A stretch of 64,000 nucleotides of DNA from Octopus vulgaris. Lineage: Eukaryota. Shown one piece after another: positions 11,926 to 26,800 of the stretch. The notes beneath the pieces were generated by a model. The model worked only from the letters and a program-made list of their open reading frames with translations, was not told where the DNA came from and ran no database searches. The DNA lies in the NCBI GenBank assembly GCA_951406725.2, contig OX597817.1, forward strand, positions 64,356,001 through 64,420,000. The letters are read 5' to 3'. Position 1 is the stretch's first letter; the number at the start of each line of letters is the position of its first letter. A program made the translations under genes and the position numbers.

Positions 11926-12434
11926 AGGAAGGATGAAAATTAAAGCTGGCCTTGACGAGCACCTAAACTTAAAAGTTTCAATTCCATATTTAGCATATGG
12001 AATGACTCTTGGCTTTAACATTTTAATTCATAGCTTTACATATATTGTTATTGCTGTTGTGTGGCCTCATAACAGCCTGACTTGAGCAGACATTTGATCA
12101 AAGGTATTGCAAGCAGGAAAAATCTCACCTTTTCTTCAGTTACAAAAATTGCATTTTCCAATATATCACCCCTGTTTAGCCCCAGGTTAGCTCTGAGTGT
12201 ACAGGCTTTATGACCAAAATTGTTCCAGCCATAACTATCTCATTTATTTTTTTCCCCTGATATTGTGGATCTAAGATTACCACAGTGTTTAAAGTGTCCT
12301 TCATTTCCTTTCCTAAGATAATGAGTTGTGATTTGAGTGAGATTTGATAGTTATTTCTAGCAGATCAAATGACCACAAAGAGATCTCTTTGATGGCACAA
12401 AGCTTTATTTTATATGCAGACGTATAGCTGTTAC

Positions 12435-12515
12435 CTCTTGGCTCAATTGAAAATGACGCAATACACATATTTAAACATACACACATACCCTTCCAAATCC
12501 AGAAGTACAAGTTAG
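12435..12515 (-). CDS. Candidate 81-nt symmetric exon
   Basis: CTTTTTTTAG| acceptor, AG|GTAACA donor, open frame NLYFWIWKGMCVCLNMCIASFSIEPR. Confidence 0.25.
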
Positions 12516-13109
12516 CTAAAAAAAGTCTTACTGAATAGAGATAATTTTATCATGCTAGTTATCTTATATGTGCATGTTCACACACACACACACACACACA
12601 CATACACTCACATGCACAACATACACATGTACACACACACACACATACATACACATATGTGCAAACACTCACAGACACATGCACACACATACTCATGTAT
12701 GCACACATATGCACATGCACACACACTCACAAAGGCATGCGCACACACACATACACACACTACATACACACACATACAGACACACTACATACACAAACAT
12801 ACAGACACACTACATACACACACATATACATATGTACACATAGATGCACACCACAAAAGCTCTCACTTTTTGCTGTTCTAACAAGAGATATTGGACAAAA
12901 GTAACCAATAAACCTATGATGCATATGAGTTTACTTGCCTTCATGATAGTTAACAACATCAGGAAGTCCTACAAACACAAAGCCTATTCATCCAGTTTAG
13001 CAAAGGAAACTTGAATAGGCTTCATTTGTTGAATCTCACACACAGCTTTCACAAATACACAATCAAACTCTAGAAAGGAAACTACAAGAAAAATAATACA
13101 AAAAACATT

Positions 13110-13845
13110 CCCAAAATCTGATCTGTAGTAGCTTTAGAGAAAATATTCCAGACATGGCAGATGCAAAAAACCTGGAATCCAGAGGCCTTGAAGTAAACTT
13201 AGTGAAGATTAAATTATTATAAATAGGGAAGAATGAATATGCTTGATATATAGAAAAGTAATAAGTGGGACTTCCCTATGTTGTACCAATTGTAAACTAT
13301 GGATGCATATGAAGCGTAGTAGGATCATAAGCAAGCTAACAGATAAGGTAAACTTCAATTGCAGCTGGAGCAAACATCTCATGCAAAATAGATTCTCTCA
13401 AATGCCTACAAGGCTCCCTAGAAGTAATGAACATCTTTTGTTATCTAGGTGACCTAATTAGCAGTGGGGTGGGTGTTCTGAAAGTATATTAACCAATTTA
13501 AGAATGGGTTGGGAAAAGTTCAAGTGATTATTACTTCTGCAGGTAACAAAGGGTTTATCCCTCACAGCGAAGGGTAAATTGTATGATTCTTGTGTATGAA
13601 GTGTGATACTGCATGCTAGTGTGACGTTGGTCTTGAATGCTGAAGAGTTGTGAAGACAAGAAAGAAATTGAATAAGCATGCTCTGCTGGATGTGGAATGT
13701 TAGTATGCACAAAGGAAGGAGTACAGATAAGCTGAGAGAAAAATATGAATATGAGAAGAATTAGATGTAGTATGAATGAGAGAAAACTGGGTTGGTATGG
13801 GCACGTGATGCCTGTGGAAGAGGACAATTGTATAACAAAATAGCA
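13110..13845 (+). mobile_element. RTE-clade LINE relic, same family as 9200-9722
   Basis: LESRGLEVNL, FCYLGDLISSG, GWEKFK..LL, KGKLYDSCV, GWYGHVM, with stops and frameshifts. Confidence 0.82.
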
Positions 13846-14302
13846 AAATAGTCTTGTCAAGGACTTGACAACCTTACTAGTGTCAGTGCCCTGATAAAAT
13901 GTACCCAGTACACTTTGTAGGGTGACTGGTGATAGAAAGAACATGTAGCCATTAGCGTCAAGCCCAAAAATAAAACATGCAAATAAGACATTATTCTTTA
14001 ACTCTTCCAGAAGAACAGAATAAGAACAACTGACTTAGATTGTGGTAATCCATCCAACCTCTGCCAGCCTGAAAAACAGGCATAAAGGCATAAAGTGATG
14101 ATGATACTCACACATATAAATAGATAGATATATAGATTTATGCATATATATATATGCATATACGTGCATGTGGGTATGTATATATATTAATTAAGTAATG
14201 AGAAGATGGATTTTGTATTAAACTTTATTCTGTACAACATGCAATTCAACCCATCCTGCTATTGTCCTAATTGACTTATAGTTATTAGTCCAAAATATGA
14301 TC

Positions 14303-14372
<70 letters not shown>

Positions 14373-14950
14373 CTTACTTGGAGAAAAGAAAAGAAACGAA
14401 AAGAGTTTTCAGTGGCTGTATGCTCATCTTGTTGTCAACTCCCACTTGTTTCTAAGTGAGGTAATGATCTAATCTAATAATTAGGTCATGGCTTACCAAA
14501 TATATGAATCATTTGTCACTTTACATGTAAATGTTCGAAAATAAAGATTTACACGGTGATTGACAGTTCAATTTTGTTCCTACATCCAATATCTATCAGC
14601 CATGACAGACAAACAGATGTCAATCTTATGGCTTTACTGCATGATCTGCAAATCTGGTGAAATTTGTACACTGCCTTTTTCATCCTATCCACCCTGCCAT
14701 CTCCACTTACTACTACTAGTCAACTATACCACAGTTATCTCCAGCCATCAACAAGCTGAGGACTAAATTAAATTGATAACTTAATTACAAACAAAAACAG
14801 GTTATTTCTGCTACATTTAACATGCAAATCCACACACACACTCTCATACACACATACACACTCACACACACACACACATACACACACACACACACACACA
14901 CTCTCATACACACATACACACTCATACACACACACACACACACTCTCTCT

Positions 14951-14987
<37 letters not shown>

Positions 14988-16587
14988 ACACACACACACA
15001 CACACTCTCATACACACATACACACTCATACACACACACACACACACAACACACTCTCATACACACATACACACTCATACACACACACACTCATACACAC
15101 ATACACACACACATATGCAAGTTACTAAATTTTGTATATTTAGATAGTTGGATGCTGCTTTGTGGCTTATAGAAAATAGTATGTACTTCATTTAAGACAT
15201 ATATTACAAGCTCACTTGCTGTGCTGTACTGGAAAGATATTTATAGAATTGATTTGCTTTTGGTTAATCTGAAAATGGCAAATGAAGAGACACCCAGAAG
15301 AATTTGCAACACTAAGATTTATACAGAGGGTTTGTCAAATGTGACTCTTGAAGTTATCAGCAGAGTGAAATGTCACTTTTTGTAAGTAAATTAACATTCA
15401 GGTGCTGCATCATGTTTTTGCAGTTATTATATTTTGTGTATTTGAAACAGTTTAATGCACAGATGTAGAAAAATAAGTAATAAATAAATTACATATGATG
15501 GATGATGTTACCCAGAAGAGACAATAAAAGGAATAATACATTATATATTTGCTTAATTACTCATTATATATTTGCTTAATTACTCAGCCCATAACCAAGA
15601 GGTCCCTAGATCAAAATTATGCTCTACAAAAAATTGGATACTATTTCTAATATTTATAAATTACAACTGAGTTGTCTACAGATATACTAACCATATAAGT
15701 ATACATATACCTACAGGGGTAAATATAAATTGTATTCCATAGAAATTTATATAGGAACAAGGGGTCACCAACTGTTTGCAACACAACAAAACTGAAGTAG
15801 CATAGAGACAGCAACAAAAACAAATTATAAACAAGAACCAAAAGCTCTTGTTCAATTCATTAGTCCAGGATAGTTTTGACTGAGGAGGCACAACAATATC
15901 AAAACACCAAGTGTCTCAGAATTCACTTATGCAAATGACTTAAATGTGTTATGAACACACATCCAGTGACAAGATCCAACAGCCATTAGCTTATTCATTT
16001 TTGAATCTCGTCAACATCCGATTATAATGACTTAAGAATGATATAATAATTAGGAAGATATTAGGAAGCAGTCACCTCATCAGCACTTTATGTAGAAACT
16101 TGGCTTGTATAGAGTTTGAATAACTAAAAGATGATTGGTTATATTCCTGTCAATTATAAAAGGAGTATTTTGCCTATCCAAGGCCTGTTAAAATCCTCAC
16201 TGAGTGAATAATGATTATTTTAATTGAGAAACAGAGAAGTCAAATCAATGTTATGTACATTTCAGTAAATGAACATCTTTTATTTCAAATTACATACAAA
16301 GTTATGTAATTCATGCAATAAATTTAGTGTTCATTCACTTCTCCATACATTTGAATTTGAATTACAATCAACTTATGAAATAAACTTACAATGCTACAAG
16401 AAGAGTAAAAAATTTTTTTATTTATCATAAATCACACAGATTCAGCATTTTTCTCTGTACAAGTTAGCCTTTTCCTGGAGGGACGTCTTGACAAACAGAC
16501 CAGGGGTTTCTCATTCCCAGTTGACTTACTGTGCCCTCAGACACCAACCTGAGTATTTCTGAAAACTGGTGCATACCTGCTCAGACT

Positions 16588-16809
16588 ACATACATGCATA
16601 CATACACAAATACATACATACACAAATGCATACATACATACATACATACATACATACATACATACATACACAAATGCATACATACATACATACATACATA
16701 CATACATACACACATACATACATACATACACACATACATACATACTTATATACACATATATATGCACTTATATACAGATAGACAGACAGACAGGCAGGCA
16801 GATAGATAT

Positions 16810-16893
<84 letters not shown>

Positions 16894-17153
16894 ATTGATT
16901 GATATGTAGGGAGGTAAATAGGTAGGTAGATAGGTAGATAGGTAGGCAGGCAGGTAGGTAGGTAGGCAGGCAAGTAGGTAGGTAGGTAGGTAGGTAGGTA
17001 GGTAGGTAGTTAGGTAGGTAGGTAGGTTGGTAGGTATGTAGGTAGGTAGGTAGGTAGGTAGGTAGGTAGGTAGTTAGGTAGGTAGGTAGGTAGGTAGTTA
17101 GGTAGGTAGGTAGGTAGGTAGGTAGGTAGGTAGGTAGGTAGGTAGGTAGGTAG
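16588..17153. repeat. Compound tetranucleotide microsatellite (ACAT)n(AGAC)n(AGAT)n(AGGT)n
   Basis: Read directly from the sequence. Confidence 0.95.
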
Positions 17154-17666
17154 ACTCATTCATACATATATATATGCATGCATGCATATGTAAACACCAA
17201 AAACATGCCATGTACAACACCAGACATTGACTGTTTTATTTATCATAGCATGTGCCAGATGATGACAGACTGTAATGGGTGACAAGATGCAGTGAAACTC
17301 ATCTGACTAATGTCAGCATGGACAAATGAACCTAAATTTTGTCGATGACACTGGCTGTTTCTCTATGTTTCTAGTCTTGTTTAGAGCTGAATCTAACAAA
17401 AATGTCATCAAACATGGCATATTTAATGTTTATATCAATACAGAGAACATTTGTAATTTTTAAGCACTCCACCTTCAATCCTTTAGTTTGAATATAAGTT
17501 ACTAGAAGGCACATATGCATGCATGCACATACTGGTACATATGTACACACACATACACACATGTATGTGGATGTATGCATGTTGTGTGCATACATGCACA
17601 TATATGTGAAAATGTATAGAACATACACCCACCCATACATATGTCTGTGTATGCATGTTTATGTAT

Positions 17667-17707
<41 letters not shown>

Positions 17708-17825
17708 CACATATAGTCAAGTACAATTGTCCCTTCAAGTAGATACTTAAAGATAAGACACAAGATCCTTTATATATTTACATCTGTACACACAAGCTCA
17801 CACATACAAAACCATGCATACATAG

Positions 17826-17859
<34 letters not shown>

Positions 17860-18834
17860 GAAAACAAAGGAGAGGTGTGGGGTCTCATCCCATTTATGAG
17901 TTACTCTGTGTTAACTGTGCGAGTTTATACCAGTCCTCCTGCTCTTCTGAGATCACCTGTAAATTTCCCAGACATGAATGAGTCACCCACCAACTCTATA
18001 TTGGTCAACTTTATATTATTTCAATTACTAGATATTATTTACTAACACTAAAAGCACCAACTCTCTCCTTCCCATTGAGCTTTTCCTCCACCACCTCCTG
18101 TAACCTGTTATCTTTTGGAACACAATCTTAACGGAAGTAGCCCTCCTGTCAGATGAATTTTGCTACTTGACACCTTTATCTACTCTAGTTTGCTGTCAAA
18201 GGGTGAGACAAAAGAGTGGGGTGAGTGGATGAGATTCCCTCCCTCTCATCCTCTGTCCATTATCATAGAAACATTATCATTGAAGCTTTATATTATGTCA
18301 CTATTTGTTTTAAGGAATATATTATTCAAATTGATGGGGGTGGCAGGATTGGGGGATTAGATTATAGTAAGTACCTGTCAAGAACTAAGACCCTTCCTCA
18401 GTTCAACCAGTTGCATGCCCTCCCCCAGAAATCTGAGGCTTTATGACTAAATTTAGAAACAGTAATTTCTGGTGAGGTAAGATGTCATAGTTACAGAAAC
18501 AGTGGAGAGTTTCAGTTAATTAGCTGTTAGTGCTTACCTTTACCCTTTTACATTTATCATCCTCATTTTGATGTCCCCTTTTCCATGCTTGCACAGGCCA
18601 GATGCAATTTATTGAAGCAGATTTTCTACAGCTGCATACCTTTCTTGTCACCAACCCTTACCTGTTTCCAAATGTTACTGCTAAGTTTAGAGTTCCACAT
18701 AGATTATCATTGTCCAGTCTGCTTCTAGTATAATGGTTAAGTAACTACTATACTTAATAGCATTACTAGCTAAGAAATTCAGAGGGACTGCAAGAGAAAT
18801 TACAATAAACACAAGTTTATATTATTAGTTCCTA

Positions 18835-18998
18835 GGCATAGGAGTGGCTGTGAGGTAAGTAGCTTGCTTACGAACCACATGGTTCCAGGTTCAGTCCCAC
18901 TGCGTGGCACCTTGGGCAAGTGTCTTCTATTATAGCCTCGGGCCGACCAAAGCCTTGTAAGTGGATTTGGTAGGCAGAAACTGAAAGAAGCTCATCGT

Positions 18999-19040
<42 letters not shown>

Positions 19041-19275
19041 ATGTGTGTGTGTATATGTTTGTGCATCTGTGTTTGTCCCCCCCAACATCGCTTACAACCG
19101 ATGCTGGTGTCTTTACATCCCTGTAACTTAGCAGTTCGGCAGAGGAGACTGATAGAATAAGTACTAGGCTTACAAAGAATAAGTCCTGGGGTCGATTTGC
19201 TTGACTAAAGGCAGTGCTCCAGCATGGCCACAGTCAAATAACTGAAACAAGTAAAAGAGTAAAAGAGTAAAGAGA
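18835..19275 (+). mobile_element. SINE family A, full length (tRNA-like head, internal microsatellite, CR1-type tail)
   Basis: A-box-like TGGCTGTGAGG, B-box-like GGTTCAGTCCC, internal (TA)n(TG)n, tail GGCAGTGCTCCAGCATGGCC..GAAACAAGTAAAAGAG. Confidence 0.9.
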
Positions 19276-20562
19276 GTTTCACCATTATGATAGCTTGGAA
19301 CACTACAGTAGATGTCCCAAGTGCATTTGGATGCTTAACCAGAATGGATCATAATTGTTTACTAGGAACTGATATATTTTTCAGTGATGTTCCAAGGTAT
19401 TGTTTATCCATGTTCCAGTGTTGAAGTAGAGCTCCACTGCTAGGAAGCAAGTTACAATGTATGTTGTGTATACAAATAGATGTATGACTGCAACTGTTGA
19501 GTTTATGCTTCCCAAATCCTCTCACAGGGCTTTGCTTGGCTCATGGCTAAAGCAGAAGACAATCATCTAAGGTGTCACACAGTGGAACTGAATCTAAAGC
19601 AATGTGGTTGGGAAGCTTACATCACAATCACAAAGCCATGTCTATGCTGTGCCATACATTTTATGTTTAATCCTCTCTGAGTCAACCATTTTTATCATTC
19701 TCCTGTACCCCTCAACTTAAAACCAATGAAATAAATACCTGTTAGATACTGGGGTCAACCAGTCATCTAATCTCCTCCTCTACAAAATTGTGGTCTTACG
19801 CTAATATGAGAGATATATATTTTAGGCAGTGAGTTGAGTTCAAGTATCAGACAGGAAACTTTGTGGTATTTGTTCTGGGTATCTGCACTTTGAGTTCAAA
19901 TCCTGCCCAGATTAACTTTGCCTTTCATCCTTTCAGTATCACTGGAAGAGTATCTATCAAAGATGATGAATTGGAGGAATTGTAAGAACATAGGACTGGA
20001 TACCTTGTGGTATTTGGCTCTTAGTGTTCTGAGTACACATCCCATTATGGCCTATTTGGGTGTTAGACTCTGTTTAGCATAACCTCTGTTTAACATTGCC
20101 TCTGTTTAGCATAACCACCTGGTGCAATTCCTATTTGAGGTCATCAGTATTAAACCAGTTGTGAGAATGAGATGAAGAGTTAGGGGCTTGTTCTGCCAAG
20201 GGTTGGTCTGTTATTGCAGTACTTCCAAGATTTTGCTCACCTTGCACTTGAAGGTAGCAAACTGATAAAATCATTAATATGTTGGACAAAAGGAACAAAA
20301 TGCTTAGTGGTATTTCTTCTACCTCATTACATTTTGCATTCATATTTTGCCAAGATAAGCTTTGCCTTTCTCCTTTCAGGGCCAATAGAATAAAGTACCA
20401 TTGAGTATCAATGTAATCGACTGGCCTTTCCTTCAAAAATTGCTGGCTGTGTGCCAGAATCTGATACAAGTATTATTATCATAACTGTTTTATTTGTCTA
20501 TTTGTTCATGGAGGGTTTTTAAAGGCTATGGTGACAACCAAACCATTAAGCAGACATACATA

Positions 20563-20577
20563 TCATCATCATCATCA

Positions 20578-20624
<47 letters not shown>

Positions 20625-20790
20625 CCATTATCATCATTGTCATCGTGGTCATTGTCGTTGTCATTGTTGTTGTTGTTGTTGTCGTCTTTGTTGTCGTCAT
20701 TGTTGTCGGTGTCAGTGTCATTGTTGTCGTCGTTGTTGTCGTCATCGTTGCCGTCATCGTCATCGTCATCAGCACCATCTTTATCGTCAT
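20563..20790. repeat. Compound trinucleotide repeat (CAT/TGT/CGT)n
   Basis: Read directly from the sequence. Confidence 0.95.
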
Positions 20791-22098
20791 TGTTTTTACA
20801 GATACTTTGTGAATTATAAATAATATTAACTTGACAAAAAATGACCAGCAAAAATTAGAGTACCTATAAAATTCCTCTACAAAAAGACATACTAAATCTA
20901 TGTATTATATCTGTTGTTGGTAGAGACCTACCATAGTTATGTCATACAACACTTCAACTAAATCCTTTCCTAAAACATTACTGGCATTGAGACATTTGCT
21001 TGTTTACACACACACACGCACACACACACACATGTATGTATGTATATAATTACATATATATCCATAAATACAAATGCATACATATATATAGACACACACA
21101 CATATATGTATATAGATGTATGTAAATAAAATATATATATGTATATGTGTATGTGTGTGTGTATATATAATATATATATGTATGTGTATATATATATATA
21201 TGTGTGTATATATATATATGTATGTATGTATATATATATGTGTGTGAATATATGTATATATACATATATACATACATTATATATATATATATATATATAT
21301 ATGCACATATATGTATGTATTTATGTATGTATGTATGTATGTACATATGTACATATATTCTTGCAGATATGTAGACATTTCCTACAATGATATGAAAGCC
21401 AGGAAAAACAGTTGATCCAATGGATTATAAGATTATGATAATATAAAAAAAAGCTTTGGACTTTTGGATTACTATACCATAGGAAAGGTGATGTAAGTAA
21501 AAAAAGTTTTGTTTGTTTATCTTTTATTGCTTTTGTTTGTATAAAGGGGTGGCATGGGGTAGCAATGGTGTCTGTGGCGATGGGTTTCTTGTAAGTATTT
21601 CATATCTTTGCCACCTGCAAGTAATATTATAGAGCAATAGTTTTTGACCAGGTAATGGACAAGGCCATTAAGTACAACATATGCAAGTATGGTAGCTAAG
21701 CTGTTTTTATTGTTGGGTACAAAGGTACATTTATTTTTTATATATATCTATATCAGTACACATATGTCTGGTCTATCACCTTATGTTCATTCAGTCCATG
21801 TACTAGAGTATATGCTCATATCTTCACGATTGCTGTTGGTGTGTTTACATTCCTGTAAGTCAGTAGTTCAGCAAAAGAGTCTGATAGAATAAGTACCGGG
21901 TTTGAAGAAAAATGGAATAAGTGCTGAGGTCAATTTGTTCAACTAAAATTCTTCAAAATGGTGCCCCAACATGGCCATAGTCTAATGACTGAAATAAGTA
22001 AACTATAAAAGATAAAAGAAACTAACTGAATTCATACACTGGACCTTAATAGAATGTTATAGTTTATTTTGCCTGATCTGGTGGCCTGTTCCCTTGAA

Positions 22099-22445
22099 CA
22101 GTAGTTCTCAAAATGTCTGTTTAATGCACTTAGTGGCATTTCTTCCACCTCATTGCATTTTGCATTCATATCCTGCTGAAGTAAGCTTTGCCATTCTCCT
22201 TTTGGGGTCAATATGACCTTTGAGGGTCCATATAAGATTGTGTCATTAAAGTTTATGTGAAATAAATTGGTTATACTCGTACAATAGAAAAATATTTTAA
22301 CATTTTTTAATACAATTCCTAATAATATTTAATTATAAATACAAAAGACAATAAGTATTTCTCAACATCGAATGGCTATGGGGGTCTAGTGGAGTAGCAT
22401 AGGAATCAAAGAGGTCCATAGGCAATAAATGATTGATAAGCACTT
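22099..22445. mobile_element. hAT/Charlie-type MITE
   Basis: Ends CAGTAGTTCTCAA / TTGATAAGCACTT followed by CTCTAGAG; body homologous to 52375-52619. Confidence 0.65.
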
Positions 22446-22901
22446 CTCTAGAGTGTCTCTAATGTATTGTTGGTGCAGGAATATTCTTGTTGGAGGAACC
22501 GATAACACATTGAGGTGAAGTCCACAGTAAAAGGTCACTGAATCAGCCTAAATAGACTATATGTAATCTGTGTGTGTGTGTGTGTGTGTGTGTACACATA
22601 CACACATACATGCATACATTTATACACATATACACATATATGCACATACGGTAAAGAAATGCAGATGTAGGATAGATATATTAGTTGGTATATAGGTTTG
22701 AACTGTGTGTCAGAGTATGCCCTAGAGAGGAAAGCCAAATGTGATTAATTGCCCTTATGGATTCATGAAAGGACTTGATTCTGTTTCTACATCTATCTAA
22801 CTTTCAAATATCTGTCACTTCATTTCTCTGTATGTTTATATAATGTTGATAATGTTCTCAATGAACCAGCCCTATCACTCTAGCTTACATTCACACACAA
22901 G

Positions 22902-22976
<75 letters not shown>

Positions 22977-23036
22977 ACACATGTTCTTTTTAATCCTTCT
23001 AAGTTGCCCACTTCCTTCTGGAGTTTTCATAATGTG

Positions 23037-23256
23037 TACTCTTTTACTCTTCTACTTGTTTCAGTCATTTGACTGTGGCCATGCTGGAGCACTGCCTTTA
23101 GTTGAGCAAATCGGTCCCAGGACCTATTCTTTGTAAGCCTGGTACTTATTCTGTCAGTCTTTTTTGCCGAACCGCTAAGTTACAGGGACGTAAACACACC
23201 AGCATCGGTTGTCGAGTGATGTTGGGGTGACAAACACAGACTCACAAACATACACA

Positions 23257-23290
<34 letters not shown>

Positions 23291-23443
23291 TGGCAGGCTT
23301 CTTTCAGTTTCCGCCTACCAAATCCACTTACAAGGCTTTGGTCGGCTGGAGGTTATAGTAGAAGACACTTGCCCAAGGTGCCACGCAGTGGGACTGAACC
23401 CAAAACCATGTAGTTCGTAAGCAAGCTAGCCACTCCTACGCCT
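23037..23443 (-). mobile_element. SINE family A, full length
   Basis: Reverse complement of 18835-19275. Confidence 0.9.
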
Positions 23444-23536
23444 ATGTAGGTAATGTGTTTTAAATCATCATCTTATACTGGCTAATTTTAAACAATTATC
23501 ACACAGTATAGCTTAGTATGTATGTGTAAGTGTGTG

Positions 23537-23569
<33 letters not shown>

Positions 23570-23591
23570 ATGCGTGTGTGTGTGTGTCTGT

Positions 23592-23650
<59 letters not shown>

Positions 23651-23821
23651 TAAAGCTATACTGTATGATTATTGTTTAAAATATATACATACATATGTGT
23701 ATGTATGTGTATGTATATATGCATACACAGAAACACATACATACATTCTCTTTTACTCTTTTACTTGTTTCAGCCATCCGGCTGAGGCCATGCTGGGGCA
23801 CCGCCCTTGTTGCTACCCTCT

Positions 23822-26800
23822 CTAAGTCCAGTTTGCCGTGGCTGGCCACTGATCTAAGAGAGAGTTTGTAGCTGCTGCCCTTAGGTTACCTTCGTACCTT
23901 GCAGTGGGTTCATCTGGGATCCCGGAAAGCAGCTTGTCTAGATGTTTTTTGAAAATGTCCACATCCGCATCATGTAGATCTCTTAGTTTTCTTGGCAGTT
24001 TGTTGAAAAGCTGAGGGCCCCTGAACCCCAGGCTATTACAGTATCTGCTCCTTACCCTGGATGTGGAAGACGGGACCTTTGGCACCACACAGTGACGTCC
24101 TGTACAGGGATTGGAACAGCTCTCAATTCCAAAATTTGGTGCTAGTCCCTCCAGGATTTTCCATATGTATATCACTGCATATCTCTCTCGTCTTCGTTCC
24201 AAGGAGTACAAATTGAGTTCCCTAAGCCTCTCCCAATAGTTCTTTTCTTTCATGGTGGAAATCCTCTTGGTGAAATGTCTTTGGATTGTCTCAAGCTCTG
24301 TGGTTAGTTTGACACTATGCGGTGACCACAGTTGGGAGCAGTAGTCCAGGCGGCTTAGGACAAATGTCCTCCATAGTGTCAACATGGTCTCGCAGTCTCT
24401 TGTCCGGAATGTCCTCAGGATCCAGCCAGTGAGTCGTCTGCACATTGTCGCCACCTTCGCGATGTGTGAAGAAAAAGATGCATCGTCACTCATGTCTATC
24501 CCCAGGTCCCGTATTGATTTCGATACTGGGATTTCGATCCCTCCTGGACCAGTATTGTTGTGTTGTAATGTATATGTGTTTACAGCTTGATATTGTAAGG
24601 CTTGAAATTTGCCAGCATTAAATTGCATGTTGTTGTCTTCAGCCCATTTGTATATGGCATCCAGATCTTGTTGTAAAAGGTCAGCATCAGCTGGGTTTTT
24701 GATTGCCTGTGCTACCTTTGTGTCATCAGCATAGCTAGTGAGGGATGTTGTTTGTGCTACCAAGGGCATGTCAGAGAGCGCCACCAAAAACAGCAAGGGT
24801 CCCAAGACTGTGCCCTGTGGCACCCCGCTTGCTATTGGTGTCTTTCCCGAGAGGGCTCCATTGGCTGCAACCATCTGGCTTCTGTCCTTCAGGAAGTCAT
24901 GTATCCACTCACCTACTTTTCCTGTTATGCCGAGTCTGAGTAATTTGTGACATATCACTCCGTGGTCGACTTTGTCAAAGGCCTTCGCAAAGTCGAGATA
25001 TACCACATCCACCTGTGAGCGATCCAGTAGTTGTTTCAGTACCCAGTCGTAGTGTTGTAACAGCTGCGTAAGGCAGCTTCTTCCTGGGCGAAAGCCATGC
25101 TGTGTGTCAGTGAGACGGTTAGTTTCTTCGAGGAACGTGATCAGTTTTTTTCTGATGATTCGTTCCATGACCTTACTTATGTGTGACGTCAGGGAGACTG
25201 GCCTGTAGTTTTTGGCCTCTGCTCTACTCCCTCCTTTGTGGATAGGGCATATGGTGCCTTCTTTTAGCGCCCTGGGCAGTTTACCGTTAGCCAAGGAACC
25301 ACTGAAGAGCTTCTTCAGTGGTCCCGCTAGGGCATGCCTGCATGTTTTTAGGAGGACTGCTGGGAATCCATCTGGTCCAGCAGCTGAGTTTATTCTCATT
25401 TCTTCTATGGCAGATATTACATCCCTCTCTGTTATGTCTATGTGGTCGATGGTTGTTGTTTGGTTTTGGAGTGTTGTGGCATCAAAGAAAACTTCTGGGT
25501 TTGTGATTTGCATGTGCCCCAGAGGGGATGTGAACACACTTTTATACTGTTCCTTTAGTATTTCACTTATCCCTTGGGGGTCCTCAGTTAGAGAGCCCTT
25601 TTTATCAAAGAGTGGGCCAATCTTGCAGTGTACCGAGGTGGTTTCTTTCGCAAATTTAAAGAAGGCTTTAGGGTTTGTTTTAATATTCTCTATGGCCCTG
25701 GCTTCTCTCTCTGCCCTCTCCTTCTCATAGGAAAGTTTGAGTGCAGTTTCCGTTTCAAAAAGTTTCAGGTGGAGTCCCTCATTGTTTCTCTGCCGTGCAT
25801 TCAGTTGTTTCGAGAGCTTAGCTCTTCGCCTCATAAGTATTTTCCTGTCTCTGGGAATAACGTTCCTATGCCCGCTGGCTTTTTTCTCCGGGACAAACTT
25901 ATGGCATATGTTCTGTATTGTTGTCATGAAATGTTGGAAATGTGTGTTGGTGTCTTGTGTGGTGATGAAGTCACTCCAGTCATGTTTTCGGATCTCTTCG
26001 TTGATCTTCTTCCAGTTTGCCTTATGGAAGTTTAGACTGGATAGGCCTGTGGTATTTTCTAATGGCTGCGTCTCAACTAACTCTCTCATACCATATATCA
26101 TTACCTCTACTAAGTTGTGATCTGAGAGAATTGTTGGTGTTACCATTATGTTGTGGATGAGCATCGGGTTGCTTGTGAAACAGAGGTCCAAGACATTCTC
26201 ACCTCTTGTTGGCCAAAGCACTGCTTGCTCCATGAAAAACTTGCGTGTGAGAGCCAACAAGGACTCTGTCTGTCTCTGTTCAAGTGATGTCATTCCAGGG
26301 AGGAGATGGCCATCTGGCCATTTGACTTTCGGAAGGTTAAAATCTCCCAGCAGTAGAATGGTGTTACCCTGGTCCAGTTTGTCCAGGACTTCTTCTATTC
26401 TTCTGAGGCTATCTTCAAACACTCCTTCATGACTAGGGGTGTCTGGTGGCCGATATGTGACACATATTACTATTTTCGGTTGTTTCATGTGTACTATCAG
26501 TGTGTCACAGACTGAGTTTGAGTGTGTCAACAGTACTATGGGTGTGACATCTTCACGGACGTACAGGGCAACCCCACCATGAGTTCTTTCCTTCCTGTCC
26601 GACCGAAAAACAGTATACTTCGGTATGTGTATTTCTGCATCTGCTATACTGCTTGACAGGTGCGTTTCAGTCAGCGCTATGCATATTGCATGGTTGCTTG
26701 TGCTCAAGTCCCTAAGGTAAGGAATTTTACCCATATTAGTGGGTTTCACCAGACCTCTGACATTCAGCAGAAGCACTGGTGAGACACCCGGGGTGTCAAT

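Noticed and set aside
15211-15381. Plus-strand 57-codon open frame ending at GTAAGT
   Set aside because: No convincing acceptor, no recognisable motif and no partner exons.
20494-20851. His/Cys-rich and Asp-rich ORFs resembling metal-binding proteins
   Set aside because: Pure trinucleotide repeat, open in most frames.
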